From contig CAVURQ010000005.1 of NCBI GenBank assembly GCA_963743935.1, positions 34,625 through 98,624 of the forward strand: 64,000 bases of DNA, written 5' to 3'. Numbering within the stretch: the first letter of the stretch is position 1; each line of letters begins with the position of its first letter. This document shows positions 61,694 to 64,000 of the stretch, one piece after another. The notes below the pieces were generated by a model. It did no database searches, was not told the DNA's origin, and saw nothing but the letters and a program-made list of their open reading frames with translations. This stretch comes from an uncultured beta proteobacterium. GTDB lineage: Bacteria; Pseudomonadota; Gammaproteobacteria; Burkholderiales; Burkholderiaceae_C. A program made the translations under genes and the position numbers.

Positions 61694-61731
61694 AGTCTTG
61701 CGCCAAGGGCGTCAAGGCTCCGCCTCACTCT

Positions 61732-62658
61732 TCAGTTCAGTTCATGCCGCCGCGGCAAGTCGGCGCCGCGGCGTGAGCAGGTGATCGCCGCCGCCCGCGC
61801 CGCGAACTCCAGCGCCTCGCGCATCAGGGGCACGCTCAGGCGGCGCAGCAACGCCGGCTCCAGCGCATCGCGCTCGGCCAGCGCGGCCAGCAGGGCGGCC
61901 TGAAAGGTATCGCCCGCGCCGACGGTATCGAGCACCGCCACGGGTACCGGGTCGATGCGCAGATGCTCGGTGGCGTTCCAGGCACTGGCGCCCGCTGCGC
62001 CGTGCGTGACCACGACCCAGGCCACCCCCATCGCCGTCCATGCGCGTGCCAGAGCCTGCGGTTCGTGCCCCGGGTACAGCAGGTCCAGATCCTCCTCGCT
62101 GACCTTGAGCAGGTGCGTGCGCGGCAGCATCCAGTGCAGCGCATCGAGCCAGCGCGCCAACTCGGGTTCGACGTTCAGGCGAATGTTCGGATCGTAGGAG
62201 ATCAGGCTGCGCCGATGCTCGCGTTCGACCAGGGCGCGCTGCGTGGTGGCCACCGGCTCGACCACCATGGCATAGGAGCCCAGGTGAAAGGCGCGGGCCG
62301 CGGCCGGCACCTGGGCTAGCGCGGCCATCGGCAGCAGTCGGTCTGCGCAGCCGTGGCCGTAGAAGGCATACGACGGCACGCCACGATCGTCCAGTCCGAC
62401 CAGCCCGAGCGTGGTCGGCGCGTCGAGTGTGGCCACGGCATCCGTGAGCACCCCCTCGGCGCGCAGTGCGCGATGCAGGCGTTGGCCAAGAAATCCGCTC
62501 GACAGCGCGCCGAAGAAGGCCACCTGCTGCGCCAGGCGGGCCAGCCCGATGGCGACGTTGAGCGGCGAGCCGCCAATGCGGGCGTCGAGCATCAGGCCGT
62601 GCGCGTGGTCCGCACCGCCAAACACGTCCATCAAGGCTTCACCACAAACCACGAACAT
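61732..62658 (-). CDS. PfkB-family carbohydrate kinase (fructokinase-like)
   Basis: GEALMD, GGSPLNVAIGLARL, YDPNIR, KVSEED, DTVGAGDTF. Confidence 0.92.
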   Translation of the reverse strand: MFVVCGEALMDVFGGADHAHGLMLDARIGGSPLNVAIGLARLAQQVAFFGALSSGFLGQRLHRALRAEGVLTDAVATLDAPTTLGLVGLDDRGVPSYAFYGHGCADRLLPMAALAQVPAAARAFHLGSYAMVVEPVATTQRALVEREHRRSLISYDPNIRLNVEPELARWLDALHWMLPRTHLLKVSEEDLDLLYPGHEPQALARAWTAMGVAWVVVTHGAAGASAWNATEHLRIDPVPVAVLDTVGAGDTFQAALLAALAERDALEPALLRRLSVPLMREALEFAARAAAITCSRRGADLPRRHELN

Positions 62659-62748
62659 CGACGATCCTTTGCCTTTGGGGGCGAGCACACCCGGTGCGGG
62701 TCCTGGGAGGATCGCGCAATGGGTGGCGTTCTTCCACAGGGTTTTCCA

Positions 62749-62773
62749 TTAATCAATCAACTTGATTTATTAA
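62749..62773. promoter_or_regulatory. Sugar-repressor operator (probably ROK/FrcR type)
   Basis: TTAATCAATCAA-C-TTGATTTATTAA near-perfect palindrome (1 mismatch) between divergent kinase and sugar SBP genes. Confidence 0.7.
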
Positions 62774-62851
62774 AAAACATGAACCAGAATGACGCTGTCC
62801 GCCACCCCGGCGCCCATAGCGCGCCGACTCATGACCCACCAGGAGACGAGC

Positions 62852-63853
62852 ATGCAAAGAATGACCCCCGCCGCGCTGTGCGCCGCAGCCCTATTTGCCA
62901 CCGGCGCCATGGCGCAGTCCAACACCGTGGTGATCGGCCTGATCACCAAGACCGAGACCAACCCCTTCTTCGTGAAGATGAAGGAAGGCGCCGACGCCGA
63001 AGCCAAGGCCAAAGGGGCCAAGCTGCTTTCGGGCGCCGGCAAGACCGACGGCGACAACGCCGGCCAGGTGACGGCGATGGAAAACATGATCGCCGCCGGT
63101 GCCAAGACCATCCTGATCACGCCCAGCGACAGCAAGGCCATCATCCCGGCCATCAAGAAGGCGCGCGACAAGGGTGTGATGATCATCGCGCTGGACAGCC
63201 CGACCGACCCGGCCAACGCCACCGACGCGCTCTTCGCGACAGACAACTACAAGGCCGGCGTACTGATCGGCCAGTATGCGAAGGCCGCGCTGGGCGACAA
63301 GCCGGCGAAGATCATCACGCTCGACCTGTTCCCCGGTCATCCGGTGGGCGCGCAGCGTCACAACGGCTTCCTCAAGGGTTTCGGCCTGCCGGCGCCCGAC
63401 GCGAAGAGCAACGAGCTCGGCAAGGATGCAGCCATCGTCTGCATGGCCGACAGCTTCGGCGACCGCGCCAAGGGCCAGACGGCGATGGAGAACTGCCTGC
63501 AGAAGGCACCCGAGGTGAACGTGGTCTACACCATCAACGAGCCGGCCGCCGCCGGTGCCTACAACGCGCTGAAGAAGGCCGGCAAGGAAAAGGGCGTGAT
63601 CATCGTCTCGGTAGACGGCGGCTGCGCCGGCATCAAGGACGTGGGCGCCGGCGTCATTGCCGCCACCAGCCAGCAGTACCCACTGAAGATGGCCTCGATG
63701 GGCGTCGAAGCCGGCGTCGAATACGCCAAGACGGGCAAGAAGGTCAGCGGCTACACCGACACCGGCGTCACGCTGATCGCCGCCAAGCCGGTGGCCGGCG
63801 TCGAGAGCAAAGACGTGAAGGCCGGCACCGACATGTGCTGGGGGAACAAATAG
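62852..63853 (+). CDS. frcB: Sugar ABC transporter substrate-binding protein (FrcB, fructose-type)
   Basis: AGGAG RBS, signal peptide, LITKTETNPFFVKMKEGA, ATDNYKAG, NEPAA, SVDGGC, ATSQQYP, CWG end. Confidence 0.85.
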   Translation: MQRMTPAALCAAALFATGAMAQSNTVVIGLITKTETNPFFVKMKEGADAEAKAKGAKLLSGAGKTDGDNAGQVTAMENMIAAGAKTILITPSDSKAIIPAIKKARDKGVMIIALDSPTDPANATDALFATDNYKAGVLIGQYAKAALGDKPAKIITLDLFPGHPVGAQRHNGFLKGFGLPAPDAKSNELGKDAAIVCMADSFGDRAKGQTAMENCLQKAPEVNVVYTINEPAAAGAYNALKKAGKEKGVIIVSVDGGCAGIKDVGAGVIAATSQQYPLKMASMGVEAGVEYAKTGKKVSGYTDTGVTLIAAKPVAGVESKDVKAGTDMCWGNK

Positions 63854-63871
63854 CCCCCGAGGCTTGGCCGC

Positions 63872-63936
63872 GGCTGGCGGCAAGCATGCCGCCAGCCCTG
63901 CGCGGGCGAGGAGCAGTCGGCAAGGACTGCTCCTCG
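63872..63936 (+). terminator. Two GC-rich hairpins after frcB (mRNA stabiliser / partial terminator)
   Basis: GGCTGGCGGCA-AGCA-TGCCGCCAGCC and CGAGGAGCAGTC-GGCAAG-GACTGCTCCTCG; no U-tract. Confidence 0.55.
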
Positions 63937-63948
63937 TCACCGCCCAGC

Positions 63949-64000
63949 CCACCCAGGGGGCGACGCCAGCGGCCCGGCGAAGCCGGTGCCGCGGCGTCCG
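63949..64000 (-). repeat. REP-like palindromic element (copy 2, may extend past the window)
   Basis: Reverse complement CGGACGCCGCGGCACCGGCTTCGCCGGGCCGCTGGCGTCGCCCCCTGGGTGG aligns without gaps to 27487..27538. Confidence 0.65.

Noticed and set aside
1-64000. CRISPR array, tRNA/rRNA, prophage, IS element, integron or defence island
   Set aside because: No regularly spaced repeats, cloverleaf structures, transposase/integrase motifs or extended low-GC gene blocks were seen.

Overview
A 64-kb window of very GC-rich chromosome. Gene content and order (tkt, pyrR-pyrB-pyrC', yqgE-ruvX, radA-alr-lplT, hpf-ptsN-hprK, corA, glnE) point to a Burkholderiales betaproteobacterium, probably Rubrivivax/Ideonella-like. 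About 64 protein-coding genes can be recognised, mostly core metabolism, repair and signalling. I found no tRNA/rRNA, CRISPR array, integrase or transposase. At least 15 genes, including core genes such as ilvE and glnE, are split by single-base indels. These are densest at 47.3-51.6 kb, which looks like long-read/MAG assembly error rather than decay. The most notable accessory modules are: (1) an 8-gene lipid-modification operon homologous to the Rhodobacter furan-fatty-acid genes, with extra chalcone-isomerase-like and SnoaL genes and a divergent diiron desaturase-like gene; (2) a TetR-TRAP-lactonase-cyclase-fumarylacetoacetase catabolic cassette of unknown substrate with a perfect 16-bp operator; (3) a LysR gene facing two tandem paralogous small proteins; (4) an OmpR/histidine-kinase pair facing an ECF sigma factor with no anti-sigma; (5) a putative sigma-28 operon of two c-di-GMP phosphodiesterases. 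There is also a structured corA leader with a micro-ORF, a REP-like repeat present twice, and two small gene remnants. All function calls come from motif recognition only; no database searches were run.
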